The notes below the pieces were generated by a model. It had not been told where the DNA came from. It searched no databases and saw only the letters and a program-made list of their open reading frames with translations. The position numbers were made by a program, and so were the translations under genes. DNA of 41,736 nucleotides from NCBI GenBank assembly GCA_030950105.1, contig JAUZRV010000207.1, positions 1-41,736 of the forward strand, read 5' to 3'. Shown one piece after another: positions 7,497-18,400 of this stretch. Origin of the DNA: Rhodobacterales bacterium (GTDB taxonomy: Bacteria; Pseudomonadota; Alphaproteobacteria; Rhodobacterales; Rhodobacteraceae). Each line of letters starts with the position of its first letter. Position 1 is the stretch's first letter.

Positions 7497-8830
7497 CGTA
7501 GCAAAAACAGCCCGATCAGGAAAAGCCCGATGAGCGGCGAGACGCCCAATCGTGCACTGCCTGTCATGGTGGTCACGGTGAAAATCAATGCCGGCGCCAA
7601 AAACGCCGTTGCCCGCCCCGATAACCCATAAAGTCCAAAACTCTCGGTGGCATTATCCGGCGTTGTATGGCGGGTCATCAATGTGCGGCTTGCCGCTTGT
7701 AAAATACCGCCCATGCCGCCGATCAACATACCGCACCCGAAGAATATGATATCCGGCAGGTTCGATCCCTCGGCCAATTCAAATCCAAACAGGGATTCGC
7801 GGGTCATGTTCACGATCACAAGCACCACAAACATGAGAAACCAGATCGCGGTTATAATCACTGGTTTTGGGCCAAATTTGCTGTCGAATTTCCCGCCGAG
7901 CCAACTAAACAACGCCGCCGCAGATCCGCTTATGATGCCAAAAACACCGATCAAAACGATATTCCAGTTCAACACCAGCGACGCATAAGTGCCGCCAAAC
8001 GCATATAGCCCGTTCAACGCATCCCGATAAAACATCGACGACCCGAGATAGGCGGCCGCGCTCGCCCGATGCCGCAATCCGCGCAGGGTCGCCATGATCG
8101 ACGACAACGCAACCGACGCGCTGGCCTTTTTACCTGTCGCACGATCAACTTTGACCCATAAAAAATACGGCACCATAAACACCAGATACCAAAGCGCGGC
8201 CACCGGACCCGCCAACCGAGTGCCCTCTCGCATCGCCGGATCAAGCCCGAGAGCAGGATCAAGCCCAATCAACGTCTTGCCGTTGGGCTGCGCCACAAAC
8301 AGCGCCAACATAATCGCCAACGCGATCAATCCGCCGATATACCCGAACGCAAATCCAGACCCCGAGATTTTGCCGATTTCCTCTTTGCTGCCCAAAAGCG
8401 GCAATTGCGCGTTCACAAATATCAACGCAAATTCCGCACCGATAAAGCCAACTCCGAATACAAGGATCATCTGGAGAAGGTTGCTTCCGTCAGGATTCGA
8501 CCACCACAGGCCCGCCGCCCCGACGACATACATCAATGAAAACAGGTATATCCACGGTCGGCGTCGGCCCGTTGTATCCGCCATCGCCCCAAGGAACGGC
8601 GCGCATATCCCGATAAACAGCCCGATAAATGTCTGGCCTAACGACCAATAGCTTTGTGCATTGGCGTCGGCCAGGTCTTCGCCCATTCCCATCGACATAT
8701 AATATGCCGACGCGACCGACACGAAAAACGGCCCGAAAATAAACGTCATCAAGACCGTATGATATGGCTGGCTCGCCCAATCAAAAAAGAACCAACCCCA
8801 TATGCGTTTGCGCGCAGAAATTTCCGCCAT
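7451..8830 (-). CDS. MFS transporter, UMF1/Atg22-like family
   Basis: About 12 TM helices and an N-terminus RIWGWFFFDWASQPY typical of UMF1. The start is moved to ATG 8830, which is preceded by a GGGGGA SD. The 60-aa upstream extension is Cys/Arg-rich and overlaps the next gene. Confidence 0.8.
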   Translation of the reverse strand: MAEISARKRIWGWFFFDWASQPYHTVLMTFIFGPFFVSVASAYYMSMGMGEDLADANAQSYWSLGQTFIGLFIGICAPFLGAMADTTGRRRPWIYLFSLMYVVGAAGLWWSNPDGSNLLQMILVFGVGFIGAEFALIFVNAQLPLLGSKEEIGKISGSGFAFGYIGGLIALAIMLALFVAQPNGKTLIGLDPALGLDPAMREGTRLAGPVAALWYLVFMVPYFLWVKVDRATGKKASASVALSSIMATLRGLRHRASAAAYLGSSMFYRDALNGLYAFGGTYASLVLNWNIVLIGVFGIISGSAAALFSWLGGKFDSKFGPKPVIITAIWFLMFVVLVIVNMTRESLFGFELAEGSNLPDIIFFGCGMLIGGMGGILQAASRTLMTRHTTPDNATESFGLYGLSGRATAFLAPALIFTVTTMTGSARLGVSPLIGLFLIGLFLLRWVKPEGESEQWETL

Positions 8831-8909
8831 TCCATCCCCCTGTATTTTTGTTGGATAAGATAGACAGCAACCAGAAAACGCAAGGTAATCCTTCACTTGC
8901 GGGCATTGT

Positions 8910-9467
8910 TTATACGCTTTTCTGGCCCTGCATTGGCGGCCACGGGCGTGCATCTTCGGCGGCGATCCACTTTTGCACCCAGTCGGGAATTGGCAAATCC
9001 GGCCCATCATATCCGAGCGCGGGCATCACCCGATCGGTCCCCACGATGCCGTTTTCATCGACAACGGCGGCGCGATACACGCAATGATTGGCGCAAACCC
9101 CGTTTTTGCCCCACATGGATTGCTCCAGATACAAAAACCGCCCGTCCCATCCAATCGCGCGACTGCGCATCTCGACCACTTCAAAAATCCGCACCCTTTG
9201 GCGATACCGCACCACCGCGCCCGCCATGGTCATGCTCCACCCTTTACGTTTTAACGCGCCCAACAATCCGACACGCCGCGCCAACACCAACCGCCCCAGA
9301 TCATAGAGCGTAAGCGTGCGCCCGTTGTTCAATTCCCGCCACAGATCAATGTCCCACGGCAGGCACATATGATGGCTGATATGCACCCCGTCGATCGGCA
9401 AATCCGGTGCCTTGCGGTATTTGAAAAACTCTTTGGCCAAGCGAATAACAGGATACATTGCAGGCAC
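8910..9467 (-). CDS. Hotdog-fold thioesterase family protein (acyl-CoA thioesterase-like)
   Basis: Called from overall similarity, recalled from memory, to the 4HBT_2/THEM6-like thioesterases (CLPWDIDLWRELNNGRTLTLYDLGR). Confidence 0.5.
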   Translation of the reverse strand: MPAMYPVIRLAKEFFKYRKAPDLPIDGVHISHHMCLPWDIDLWRELNNGRTLTLYDLGRLVLARRVGLLGALKRKGWSMTMAGAVVRYRQRVRIFEVVEMRSRAIGWDGRFLYLEQSMWGKNGVCANHCVYRAAVVDENGIVGTDRVMPALGYDGPDLPIPDWVQKWIAAEDARPWPPMQGQKSV

Positions 9468-9590
9468 TCCTTTTCATGCCCACATTGCCCCCCAAAACCC
9501 GCGCGTCAACCATGAACCTCGCGTAAGGCTTGCGGATCGACACGTTGGCCCTTACCTGTGGTCAAACGCCAATCAAAGGACGCCCAAATT

Positions 9591-9878
9591 ATGACTTCGC
9601 TGTTTCAAATCCTGTCGCTGCTTCTCGACATCGCGTGGTTTTTCATCGTTGCCCATGTGATCATGAGTTGGCTGATAAGTTTTCAGGTCCTCAATCTGCA
9701 CCAACAATTTGTCGCTCAGGTCTGGAACATGTTGAACCGTATCCTGGACCCGATTTATAGCCGTATCCGCGGGTTCCTGCCCAACATGGGCGGCATTGAT
9801 CTTGCCCCGCTGGTCGCTCTGGTCGGGATTATGGTAATCCGTATTGTCCTCAACAATAACGCGGCGGCCTTTTACTAA
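9591..9878 (+). CDS. yggT: YggT family membrane protein
   Basis: The sequence MTSLFQILSLLLDIAWFFIVAHVIMSWLISF...IDLAPLVALVGI is typical of YggT. The ATG at 9591 has an AAGGA SD. Confidence 0.85.
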   Translation: MTSLFQILSLLLDIAWFFIVAHVIMSWLISFQVLNLHQQFVAQVWNMLNRILDPIYSRIRGFLPNMGGIDLAPLVALVGIMVIRIVLNNNAAAFY

Positions 9879-9949
9879 AGGCTGTCGAGGTTAACCAACC
9901 ATCAACCTTTACCACCGCGCACTATATTAACGCCGCAAAACCACACCAA

Positions 9950-9993
9950 CGTATGCACGTAATACATACGTTTTACATACGTGACCTATACGT
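9950..9993. repeat. Copy B of the repeated element: ACGTATG-N9-CATACGT plus two further direct half-sites (ACATACGT, TATACGT) at 11-bp spacing
   Basis: In acgtatgcacgtaatacatacgttttacatacgtgacctatacgt the direct half-sites start at 9964, 9975 and 9986/7. The element lies about 150-190 nt upstream of the recQ ATG. Confidence 0.75.
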
Positions 9994-10141
9994 TGGTTTT
10001 CGCCAAAAATGCGTTGTTAATAAGGGGTATTGCCGCTGATTCCAACAAATGCGCCCTGCCTGCCCCCTTGTTCCCGGAATCAGGGTGTGGAACAAGGTGC
10101 CTACAGGATCAACACTCGGGAAATCACCATGTCAGCCGCCT

Positions 10142-12190
10142 ATGCCAGCCTCTGAACACGCGCCCAAATTGCTGAGCGAAATTTTCGGCTTTGACGCGTT
10201 TCGCCCCGGTCAACAAGAGATCGTCGAGGCCGTGACCCGTGGCGATAATGTGCTTGCCATTATGCCAACAGGGGGTGGGAAATCTCTTTGTTTTCAACTC
10301 CCTGCATTGATGCGCGACGGTGTTACCGTAGTAATTTCCCCGCTGATTGCCCTGATGCGCGATCAGGTGCGCGCCCTGCGGGCTGTCGGTGTCGAGGCCG
10401 GCGCTTTGACGTCCGGCAATACCGAAGAAGAAACCGAAACCGTCTGGCGCGCCCTTGATGAAGGTCGCCTCAAACTGCTCTATATCGCGCCCGAACGCCT
10501 TGCCGCCGGATCGGCTATGGGCATGTTACGCCGCATTAACGTATCCTTAATCGCGGTCGACGAAGCTCACTGTGTTTCCCAATGGGGCCATGATTTCCGC
10601 CCCGACTATTTGCGCATCGGTGAGTTGCGAAAAACCCTCGGTGTCCCCCTCGCCGCCTTCACCGCAACTGCGGATGCCGAAACCCGTGACGAAATTGTAA
10701 CCCGCCTTTTTGATGGGGTTGCGCCGCAAACCTTCCTGCACGGGTTCGACCGACCCAATATCCATTTGGCCTTTTCTGCAAAAAATAACCCTAGAAATCA
10801 AATACTTGCCGTCGCATCGGCGCGGCGCGGCCAATCCGGTATCGTCTATTGCGGCACCCGCGCCAAAACCGAATCCTTGGCCAAAGCCCTGCATCAGGAC
10901 GGCCATTCCGCCTGCCATTACCACGGCGGAATGATGCCCGATGACCGGCGCACCGTAGAATCCCGTTTTCAACGCGAAGACGGGTTGATCGTGGTTGCCA
11001 CCGTCGCCTTTGGTATGGGTGTCGACAAACCCGATATCCGCTGGGTGGCCCACGCCGACCTGCCCAAATCCATTGAATCCTATTATCAGGAAATCGGCCG
11101 CGCCGGCCGCGACGGCGCCCCCGCCGAAACCATGACATTGTTTGGCTCCGACGACATCCGCCTGCGCCGCACCCAGATCGACGAAGGCAATGCCCCGCCC
11201 GAACATCGCAATGCAGATCACGGGCGCCTCAATGCCTTGCTTGGATTGGCCGAAGCCCTTGAATGTAGACGGAAAACCTTGCTCGAATACTTTGGCGAAA
11301 CGGATATTTCTTGTGGAAATTGTGACCTCTGTGACACTGCCCCAGAGGTTTTTGACGGCACCCAACACGTGCGCAAGGCCCTGTCGGCCATGCTACGCAC
11401 AGGCGAGTGGTTTGGCTCCGGGCATTTGATCGACATATTGATTGGCAATGAAACCGAAAAGGTTCTGGCGCGTGGCCATAACGACCTGCCGACATTCGGT
11501 GTGGGCAAAGAATTTAGCCGCCCCCAATGGCAGGCCGTATTCCGCCAAATGATGGGTCACGATCTGGTGCGCCCAGATTCCGAGCGCTACGGCGCGCTTC
11601 GCATGACAGAGGCCGCCCGCCCGATTTTACGCGATGAAGAAACCATTGATTTGCGCCGCGACACCATTCGCACCGCAACCCGTAGACCGGCGGTTAAGTC
11701 ATTGGTTTCAGAGGAAGATGCGCCGCTTCTCTCGGCCCTCAAGGCAAAACGGCGGGCGTTGTCCGAGGCCGCAAAAGTGCCGGCCTACATCGTGTTTAAT
11801 GACCGCACCCTGATTGAAATGGCCGAGGTAAAACCGGAAAACCTTGATCAAATGGCGGGCATTGGCGGGGTTGGGGCAAAAAAGCTCGCGAGCTATGGCG
11901 ATGCGTTTCTCGAGGTCATCAACGGTGCCGTTCAGGATTTGCACCCGACTCGCCGCAAACTTGCCGGACGCGCGGCGGGGCCGATTTACGACCAACTGCT
12001 TTCGGCACAAGCCGATCTTGCGCGCGGCGTTGATGGCATCGACAAACCACTAAGCTGCACAGCATCCGTTCTCGCCAAAGTCGCCACATTGCGCCCCGAC
12101 GACACGGCAGCGATGAACCGCCTTTTGGGCGAACGACGCAGCGAACGATTTGGCGCGGCCTTTCTGGACGTTTTGCGCACAGCAGGATAA
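10142..12190 (+). CDS. recQ: ATP-dependent DNA helicase RecQ
   Basis: FRPGQQEIV, helicase motif I MPTGGGKS, DEAH, the RQC zinc motif CRR...CGNCDLC and a C-terminal HRDC (VFNDRTLIEMA). The start is moved to MPASEH (ATG 10142). Confidence 0.95.
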   Translation: MPASEHAPKLLSEIFGFDAFRPGQQEIVEAVTRGDNVLAIMPTGGGKSLCFQLPALMRDGVTVVISPLIALMRDQVRALRAVGVEAGALTSGNTEEETETVWRALDEGRLKLLYIAPERLAAGSAMGMLRRINVSLIAVDEAHCVSQWGHDFRPDYLRIGELRKTLGVPLAAFTATADAETRDEIVTRLFDGVAPQTFLHGFDRPNIHLAFSAKNNPRNQILAVASARRGQSGIVYCGTRAKTESLAKALHQDGHSACHYHGGMMPDDRRTVESRFQREDGLIVVATVAFGMGVDKPDIRWVAHADLPKSIESYYQEIGRAGRDGAPAETMTLFGSDDIRLRRTQIDEGNAPPEHRNADHGRLNALLGLAEALECRRKTLLEYFGETDISCGNCDLCDTAPEVFDGTQHVRKALSAMLRTGEWFGSGHLIDILIGNETEKVLARGHNDLPTFGVGKEFSRPQWQAVFRQMMGHDLVRPDSERYGALRMTEAARPILRDEETIDLRRDTIRTATRRPAVKSLVSEEDAPLLSALKAKRRALSEAAKVPAYIVFNDRTLIEMAEVKPENLDQMAGIGGVGAKKLASYGDAFLEVINGAVQDLHPTRRKLAGRAAGPIYDQLLSAQADLARGVDGIDKPLSCTASVLAKVATLRPDDTAAMNRLLGERRSERFGAAFLDVLRTAG

Positions 12191-12215
12191 GCCACTTAAC
12201 AAGGGAGAATTGTCT

Positions 12216-12989
12216 ATGTTGATCGTAATTTCACCAGCCAAACGTCTGGATTGGGACCCTGTTGAGGGGCCAACCACAACCCCCGAGTTTTTGACCGAAG
12301 CAAACAACCTCGCCAAAACCGCGCGCAACCTCACCCTTGGGGCGTTGCAGGATTTGATGAAACTAAGCCCCGCTTTGGCGCGCCTCAACCGCGACCGGTA
12401 TCGCGATTTTTCCACCGACCCGACCGCCGATATGACCCGCCCCGCCGCGCGCGCCTTTGCCGGTGATACCTATCTCGGGCTGGAAGCGGCAAGCCTTGAA
12501 CCGGAAGAAATGGATTGGGCGCAAGAACATTTGCGGATTTTATCCGGTCTTTACGGGGCGTTACGCCCGCGCGATGCGATTCAACCTTATCGACTTGAAA
12601 TGGGCAGCCGTCTTAAAACCCGTCGTGGTAAAAACCTTTATGACTATTGGGGCACCCAGATTTCCAATTCATTGCACGCACAGGCCACCAATATCGGATC
12701 GGATGTGTTGATCAATTGCGCCAGTCAGGAATATTTTGGCGCGGTTGATATTGAGGCGCTAAAACTGCGGGTCATCACCCCGATCTTTATGGAAGAACGC
12801 GCCGGTCAGGCCAAAATAGTCAGCTTTTTCGCCAAAAAAGCCCGCGGAGCAATGGCCCGTTATATCGTGCAACACCGATTAACCGATCCAGAAGCGATCA
12901 AATCCTTTGACACCGGCGGATACGCCTTTAACGCGAGCATGTCGCATGGTGATAACTGGGTATTTTTACGTGACTATCCTGCGGGTTGA
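12216..12989 (+). CDS. yaaA: Peroxide stress protein YaaA (DUF328)
   Basis: MLIVISPAKRLDW at the N-terminus, YLGL, and FFAKKARGAMARYI. An AAGGGAGA SD precedes ATG 12216. Confidence 0.9.
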   Translation: MLIVISPAKRLDWDPVEGPTTTPEFLTEANNLAKTARNLTLGALQDLMKLSPALARLNRDRYRDFSTDPTADMTRPAARAFAGDTYLGLEAASLEPEEMDWAQEHLRILSGLYGALRPRDAIQPYRLEMGSRLKTRRGKNLYDYWGTQISNSLHAQATNIGSDVLINCASQEYFGAVDIEALKLRVITPIFMEERAGQAKIVSFFAKKARGAMARYIVQHRLTDPEAIKSFDTGGYAFNASMSHGDNWVFLRDYPAG

Positions 12990-15358
12990 TCGGGAGCTGC
13001 AATCAGCGGCAGTTTTTCATCGGTCCAATATTGTTCAACCATTTCGATAATGGCCGCCTTGCGGAGCGGTTTAGTCAAATAATGATCAAGCCCGGCGGCA
13101 AGTATTCCGTCTTCGTCCCCGTCCATAGCATGGGCGGTCATTGCGACGACTGGAATATGCCCTCCCGTCGCCTGTTCTAGTTTGCGAATTTCCTGTGTTG
13201 CTTGTTTCCCATCCATTTTGGGCATCGAAATATCCATGAAAACGATATCCGGTTCAAAGCTCTGAAAGCCTTCAACCGCTTCAATCCCGTTTTCGGCAAA
13301 CTCAAGATCAATATCCAAGGATTTTATCATTTTGCTAAAAACCAAGCGATTGGTTTTATTGTCTTCTGCTGCCAATACCCGCATTTTCCTGAGTTTCGTC
13401 TGGGGTTGTGGAACGTTCGCTTGCAATGGGGGCGTGCGGCGGTTGTGGGAAAATGAGGGCATGTCGGAAACCGACATTTCAATCTCTGCCTTCGTTCCAT
13501 CTTCAATAACGGATTCCGCTATATTTTCCGCAGGGTCTATCGACGGGGCGACGTATTCCGCCGGCTTGTGCGCTGGCTTTACATTGTCAAACACGGCGAC
13601 CAGAGATTGCATTTTTGCGAAAAATTCACTCCGCGGAGTTGGTTTTTGCAAAACGGCGTGGAGATGCGCAAATGCAGGGTCCAATTCGGCAAAACTTGGG
13701 TTCGAGCTAAACAAAATGATCGGCGTGCTATTGCCCAAACCGCGCACTTCTTCGGCCAGTTCGAGACCGTCCATATCCGGCATATTATGATCGGTGAGGA
13801 TGAGGTCAATTGACCCATCAAGGTGTTCAAGCGCTTCGGCACCGGAAGCACAGACAACCGGCGTCATCCCCAAGACCTCGACCTGTTTTCCCAAAATTGT
13901 CCGGTTAATTGCCTGATCATCGACAACCAACACCCGCTTTAGATCCTTGAGCAAGACGGGCGCTTCGGCGAGCTTAACATCGGCCAATGCCATTTCTATC
14001 TGAAAACCAAAGCTTGAACCAACCCCCTCCTCTGAGTCGACCCAGATTTTGCCCCCCATCAGTTCGATGAGTTTCTGAGTGATCGCAAGCCCGAGGCCCG
14101 TGCCCTCGAATTCGCGGTTCTGCTCTGAATCAACTTGATTGAATTCCCCGAAAATATGGCTGACCTTATCCGCCGGTATCCCGATGCCGGTATCTTCTAC
14201 TGTCAGATGAACGTGGTTTTTTGTGCTGCCTTCTTTCTGCAACCCGACCACACGCACCAAAACATGACCATCACGGGTAAATTTGACCGCATTGCCCAAA
14301 ATATTGGTAAGCGCCTGACGAATACGGCCCGGATCACCGATAAATTGCGTGGGCATGAAAAGGTCGTAATCCACGAGAATATCAACATTTTTCTCTCGCG
14401 CACTTGGTTGCAGCAGCATGATTACTTCGTGGATACACCGTTCAAGATCAAACGGTTCCGGATGCAAAACAAGTTTTTCCGCTTCCATTTTGGAGTAATC
14501 AAGCACGTCATTAATGATGACAAGCAGGGCCTCGCCGGAATTGCGAATGGTGTTCACATAAAGAAGCTGTTCTTCGGAAAGCGTGGTGTCAGTCAGCAAT
14601 TCGGCCATCCCGACAACGCCGTTCATCGGGGTGCGGATTTCGTGGCTCATGTTGGCCAAAAACGAAGATTTCGCCCGGCTGGCCGCTTCTGCCCTCTCAC
14701 GTTCTTTCTTGAGTTCTTTTTCGTAGCGCACCGTTTCGGTGATATTGAGGGCAAGCGAAACCACATCCCCACTTTCGCCGCGCTGGTCAATCATTTTGAT
14801 ATAAGTGTCGTTCCAGAGCCGAATTATGACCGGCTCAGGATTCGAAAGTTGCCAGCGTTTCAACATCATCCCGCGCCATTCGGCCTGAGACAAATCGCCG
14901 GTATCAACGATGCCTTCTTCGGTAAACAATTGCAAAATCCGCATATAGGTAACGCCCGGCACCAACTCTGCGAGAGCTTCGAACACTGCGAGGTAAGAAG
15001 GATTGGCCGCAATCATTTCACCATCGGTATTAAAAAAGGCGAACCCGTCCTGAATGGTTTCGATTGAATGCCACAACCTGCGCTCGGCCACTTCGATTTT
15101 CACATTGGCGGCATTCAGGTCGGATTTTACCCGCTGGTTTTCATCCCGAACATTTTGAACCTCGTTGCGCGCGGTTTGAACTTCATTGCTCGCGCTTTTG
15201 AACTGGGCACGGGTTTCGACAATCTCCTCGGAGAGCGCACGCGCGTGGCGGCCCAGCTTGCGATTTGCCGCAAATAATTCTTCCTGTTTCTGTTCCAATA
15301 GCCGCTCGGCCATTAGCCGGCCACGTCGCTCATCGGCCAGTTTATTCGCTAGAGACAC
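12974..15358 (-). CDS. Cytoplasmic hybrid sensor histidine kinase/response regulator (coiled coil-PAS-HisKA-HATPase-REC-REC)
   Basis: No TM segments. The first ~95 aa are heptad-like. H-box [16 protein letters not shown]-box [11 protein letters not shown]-boxes VEDTGIGI and GTGLGLAI. Two receiver domains (VLVVDDQ...[13 protein letters not shown] and VLAAEDN...[13 protein letters not shown]...YLTKP). Confidence 0.9.
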   Translation of the reverse strand: MSLANKLADERRGRLMAERLLEQKQEELFAANRKLGRHARALSEEIVETRAQFKSASNEVQTARNEVQNVRDENQRVKSDLNAANVKIEVAERRLWHSIETIQDGFAFFNTDGEMIAANPSYLAVFEALAELVPGVTYMRILQLFTEEGIVDTGDLSQAEWRGMMLKRWQLSNPEPVIIRLWNDTYIKMIDQRGESGDVVSLALNITETVRYEKELKKERERAEAASRAKSSFLANMSHEIRTPMNGVVGMAELLTDTTLSEEQLLYVNTIRNSGEALLVIINDVLDYSKMEAEKLVLHPEPFDLERCIHEVIMLLQPSAREKNVDILVDYDLFMPTQFIGDPGRIRQALTNILGNAVKFTRDGHVLVRVVGLQKEGSTKNHVHLTVEDTGIGIPADKVSHIFGEFNQVDSEQNREFEGTGLGLAITQKLIELMGGKIWVDSEEGVGSSFGFQIEMALADVKLAEAPVLLKDLKRVLVVDDQAINRTILGKQVEVLGMTPVVCASGAEALEHLDGSIDLILTDHNMPDMDGLELAEEVRGLGNSTPIILFSSNPSFAELDPAFAHLHAVLQKPTPRSEFFAKMQSLVAVFDNVKPAHKPAEYVAPSIDPAENIAESVIEDGTKAEIEMSVSDMPSFSHNRRTPPLQANVPQPQTKLRKMRVLAAEDNKTNRLVFSKMIKSLDIDLEFAENGIEAVEGFQSFEPDIVFMDISMPKMDGKQATQEIRKLEQATGGHIPVVAMTAHAMDGDEDGILAAGLDHYLTKPLRKAAIIEMVEQYWTDEKLPLIAAPDQPAG

Positions 15359-15499
15359 TGAGGCCCTCCACCAGATTCCAATCAGTTTTGAGGAATATCC
15401 GGTATTGTGGTGAACAACTGTTTAAAACCTGACAATGGAATCAATGGTATTTTGTGTCAGATCGTGGCACCATGGGGTATTCATTTTAGGGAGATAATC

Positions 15500-18400
15500 A
15501 TGCGCCGTATTATTCTTGCTGCATTGGTTCTTTTTGGTTTACTGGCTCCGGTGGCTGCAATTTCGCAAACCACATCTTACGTGCCTGATCGACGCCTTGT
15601 TTTTACGCCTGATGTCGATTTTTATGGCGCGGATCTTCTTTCACTGTTCGACACAACAAAAACAGCCTGTGAAACAGCCTGCCTAAGTGACAACCAGTGT
15701 CGCGCATTTACCTTTAACGGGCGCTCGAATTCTTGCTTTACCAAATCCGAGATTACCGACCGGCAACCCTATGACGGCGCCACATCTGCCGAAGTGTTTC
15801 GCACTGATCCCCGAGTGATGGCCAAAACAATTGCTAGGGCGACCGACCTCGCTTATTTGGGCACCCAGACACTTTCCCGCGCTCGCGCCCAGGCAAAGGG
15901 GATTGGCGCCATGCACCCTTCGGGGCAATGGAGTGTTGAGACGATGCTTGACGCTGCGCGTGACCGCCGCGCCAAGGGCGACACCATCAACGCGATGCGT
16001 TGGACGGGCGGCGCGGTTTCACAAAGCGATGCAGCTGATCAATGGGTGGAATATGCGCGGCTCTCGCTCGATATAAAATCCGAAGGTTCATCCCAACGGA
16101 ACAAATACCGTGCCCGCGCGCTTAACGCCGCGATCAACGGGTATTTGCGCGCGCTCAACGATGGAACACGGGTAAATGCGCTAGCGGTGCTTGCCGAGGC
16201 TCTGGAAAAATCGGGTCGTGGGCGCGATATGGTGCCCACTCTGCGTTTGGCGGAATTGATTCAGCCACGGCGTGATATCGTTGCTGCCCTTGATAAAGCC
16301 GTTGGAAAATACGGGTTTCGCATTACCGAGCACCGAGTTGATAATAATTCGGCAAACCCGCGCATTTGTGCGGAATTTTCCGAACCATTGGTCAAAACCG
16401 GCGTTGATTATACGCCCTATTTGCGGCTTCCCGACCAAACGATGGCGGTAACCGCAGAGGGCAATCAAATCTGTGTTGACGGGGCCGAACACGGGCTGCG
16501 CTATACGGTTGTGTTTCGCAAAGGTCTGCCTGCGGCCAGCGGTGAAAGCCTTATCAAAGATGTCGAATTGACGCTTTATGTGCGCGACCGCGACCCTTCG
16601 GTCAGCTTTCCAAGCCGCGCCTATGTTTTGCCAAAAACTGCCGATGCCGGTCTGCCGATTGAAACCGTCAACGTGGATAAAGTTGACCTGAAATTGCGCC
16701 GCGTGAGTGACCGCAATCTGCTGCGCTCCATTCAGGACAATTATTTTGCGCGGCCCTTGTCCTATTATCAGGATCAATTGTTTGCCGGTGAAATTGCCGA
16801 GGAAATCTGGACCGGAACCGGCGAGGTCGGCAACACCATCAACCGCGATATGACCACGCGCCTGCCGATGGGGGATGTTTTGAACGGGCTTGAGGCCGGC
16901 ATTTACGCGCTCACCGCCCGTATTCCGGGGGCCGATGTGTATGATGATGCCGGTGCAACACAGTGGTTTATCCTCTCGGATCTTGGCATTAGCACCTTAA
17001 GTGGCAACGACGGCTTGCATGTTTTTGTGCGCGCCTTGAGCGATGCACAGGCCCGCGCAGGTATCAAGGTTACGCTGCTTTCACGTGCCAACCGCGTTCT
17101 TGGAACCACGACCACAGATGCACAGGGATATGCCCGATTTGACGCCGGCCTTGCACGCGGCACCGGCGGCGCGTCGGCCGCGCTTGTCATGGTGCAGGAT
17201 GGCGAACGCGACCTTGCGTTTCTGTCGCTGACCGATCCGGCGTTTGACCTCTCGGATCGTGGCGTAGAGGGACGCGAACCGTCGCCGCCAATTGACGTTT
17301 TTCTTGCCACTGATCGCGGGGCCTATCGCGCCGGAGAAGTGATCCACGCCACCGCCCTTGCCCGTGACGAGGTTGCAAAATCCATCAACGGCCTGCCGGT
17401 CACCGCGATTCTGATCCGCCCTGACGGGGTTGAATATTCGCGCCACACATCAACGTCGGATAATGCCGGCGGCCATGTGTTTGACCTGCCCCTCGGGCTT
17501 TCGGTGCCACGTGGCGCCTGGCGTCTTGAAATCAAGGCCGATGTCGATGCACCCGCCTTGGCCAGTGCCGCCCTTTTGGTCGAGGATTTCCTGCCCGAGC
17601 GGATTGATTTTGAACTGAGCCTTGCCGACGGTCCGATCCGCGCCATTGACACGCCGCGTTTGACGGTCGATGCGGAATATTTGTTTGGTGCGCCCGGTGC
17701 GAACCTCGCGATAGAGGGCGAGGTCACCTTGCGCCTTGCTGCAAATCTCGAAGGGTTTGAAGGGTATGTTTTTGGCCGATACGACACACTATTTGGCCGC
17801 CAGACCTCCTATATCGAAAGCGACAATACCGACGAAAGCGGCCGTGCCATTATTCCGCTGGTTATGCCCGAATTCAATGATCCGGGTCGGCCATTGACGG
17901 CCACTATAAACCTGCGTGTGAAAGAAGGATCAGGCCGCCCTGTCGAGCGCCGGATTACCCGCGCCGTTGCCCCCGCCGCCCCGATGATCGGGATCAAACG
18001 CGGGTTTGACGATGTGGTTCCCGAAGGCAGTGATGCCGCGTTTCAGATCATCGCCGTTGGCGAAGATATGACAGCAATGGACATGCGTGTGAGTTGGACA
18101 TTGAACCGCATCCAGCGGCGTTATCAGTGGTATCAGCAATACGGCAACTGGAACTGGGAAGCGACCACAACCCGCACCCGCGTTGCCAAAGGCGAAACCA
18201 CATTGGGCAATGTTGCGACGCAGGTTTCTGCGCCTGTTGACTGGGGCCAATACGAGTTGGTCGTTGAACGCCTCGATGGTGATTATGTAGCGGCGGCCAC
18301 CCGTTTTTATGCCGGTTGGTATGCACCTGCCGATACCTCGTCCACGCCGGACACGCTTGAATTATCCCTTGATCAACCACGTTATAAATCGGGTGACACC

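Noticed and set aside
8831-9010. N-terminal extensions of tracked ORFs: the MFS transporter to 9010, recQ from 10049, yaaA from 12150, A2M from 15407, arfB to 4739 and copZ to 29827.
   Set aside because: Each has an internal start with a good Shine-Dalgarno sequence that coincides with the conserved N-terminus of the family. The extensions are compositionally odd and overlap neighbouring genes or intergenic regulatory sequence.
10067-10096. Inverted repeat CTTGTTCC-N14-GGAACAAG, 46 nt upstream of recQ, considered as an SOS (LexA) box.
   Set aside because: It fits neither the alphaproteobacterial GTTC-N7-GTTC direct repeat nor the CTGT-N8-ACAG palindrome. It may be a 5'-UTR hairpin, but I have no basis for a functional call.
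12974-12989. A 16-nt convergent overlap of the yaaA and histidine kinase 3' ends, with both proteins ending in PAG.
   Set aside because: The overlap is real in the sequence, but it is most simply a coincidence of compact gene packing. There is no hairpin or other structure to suggest regulation.
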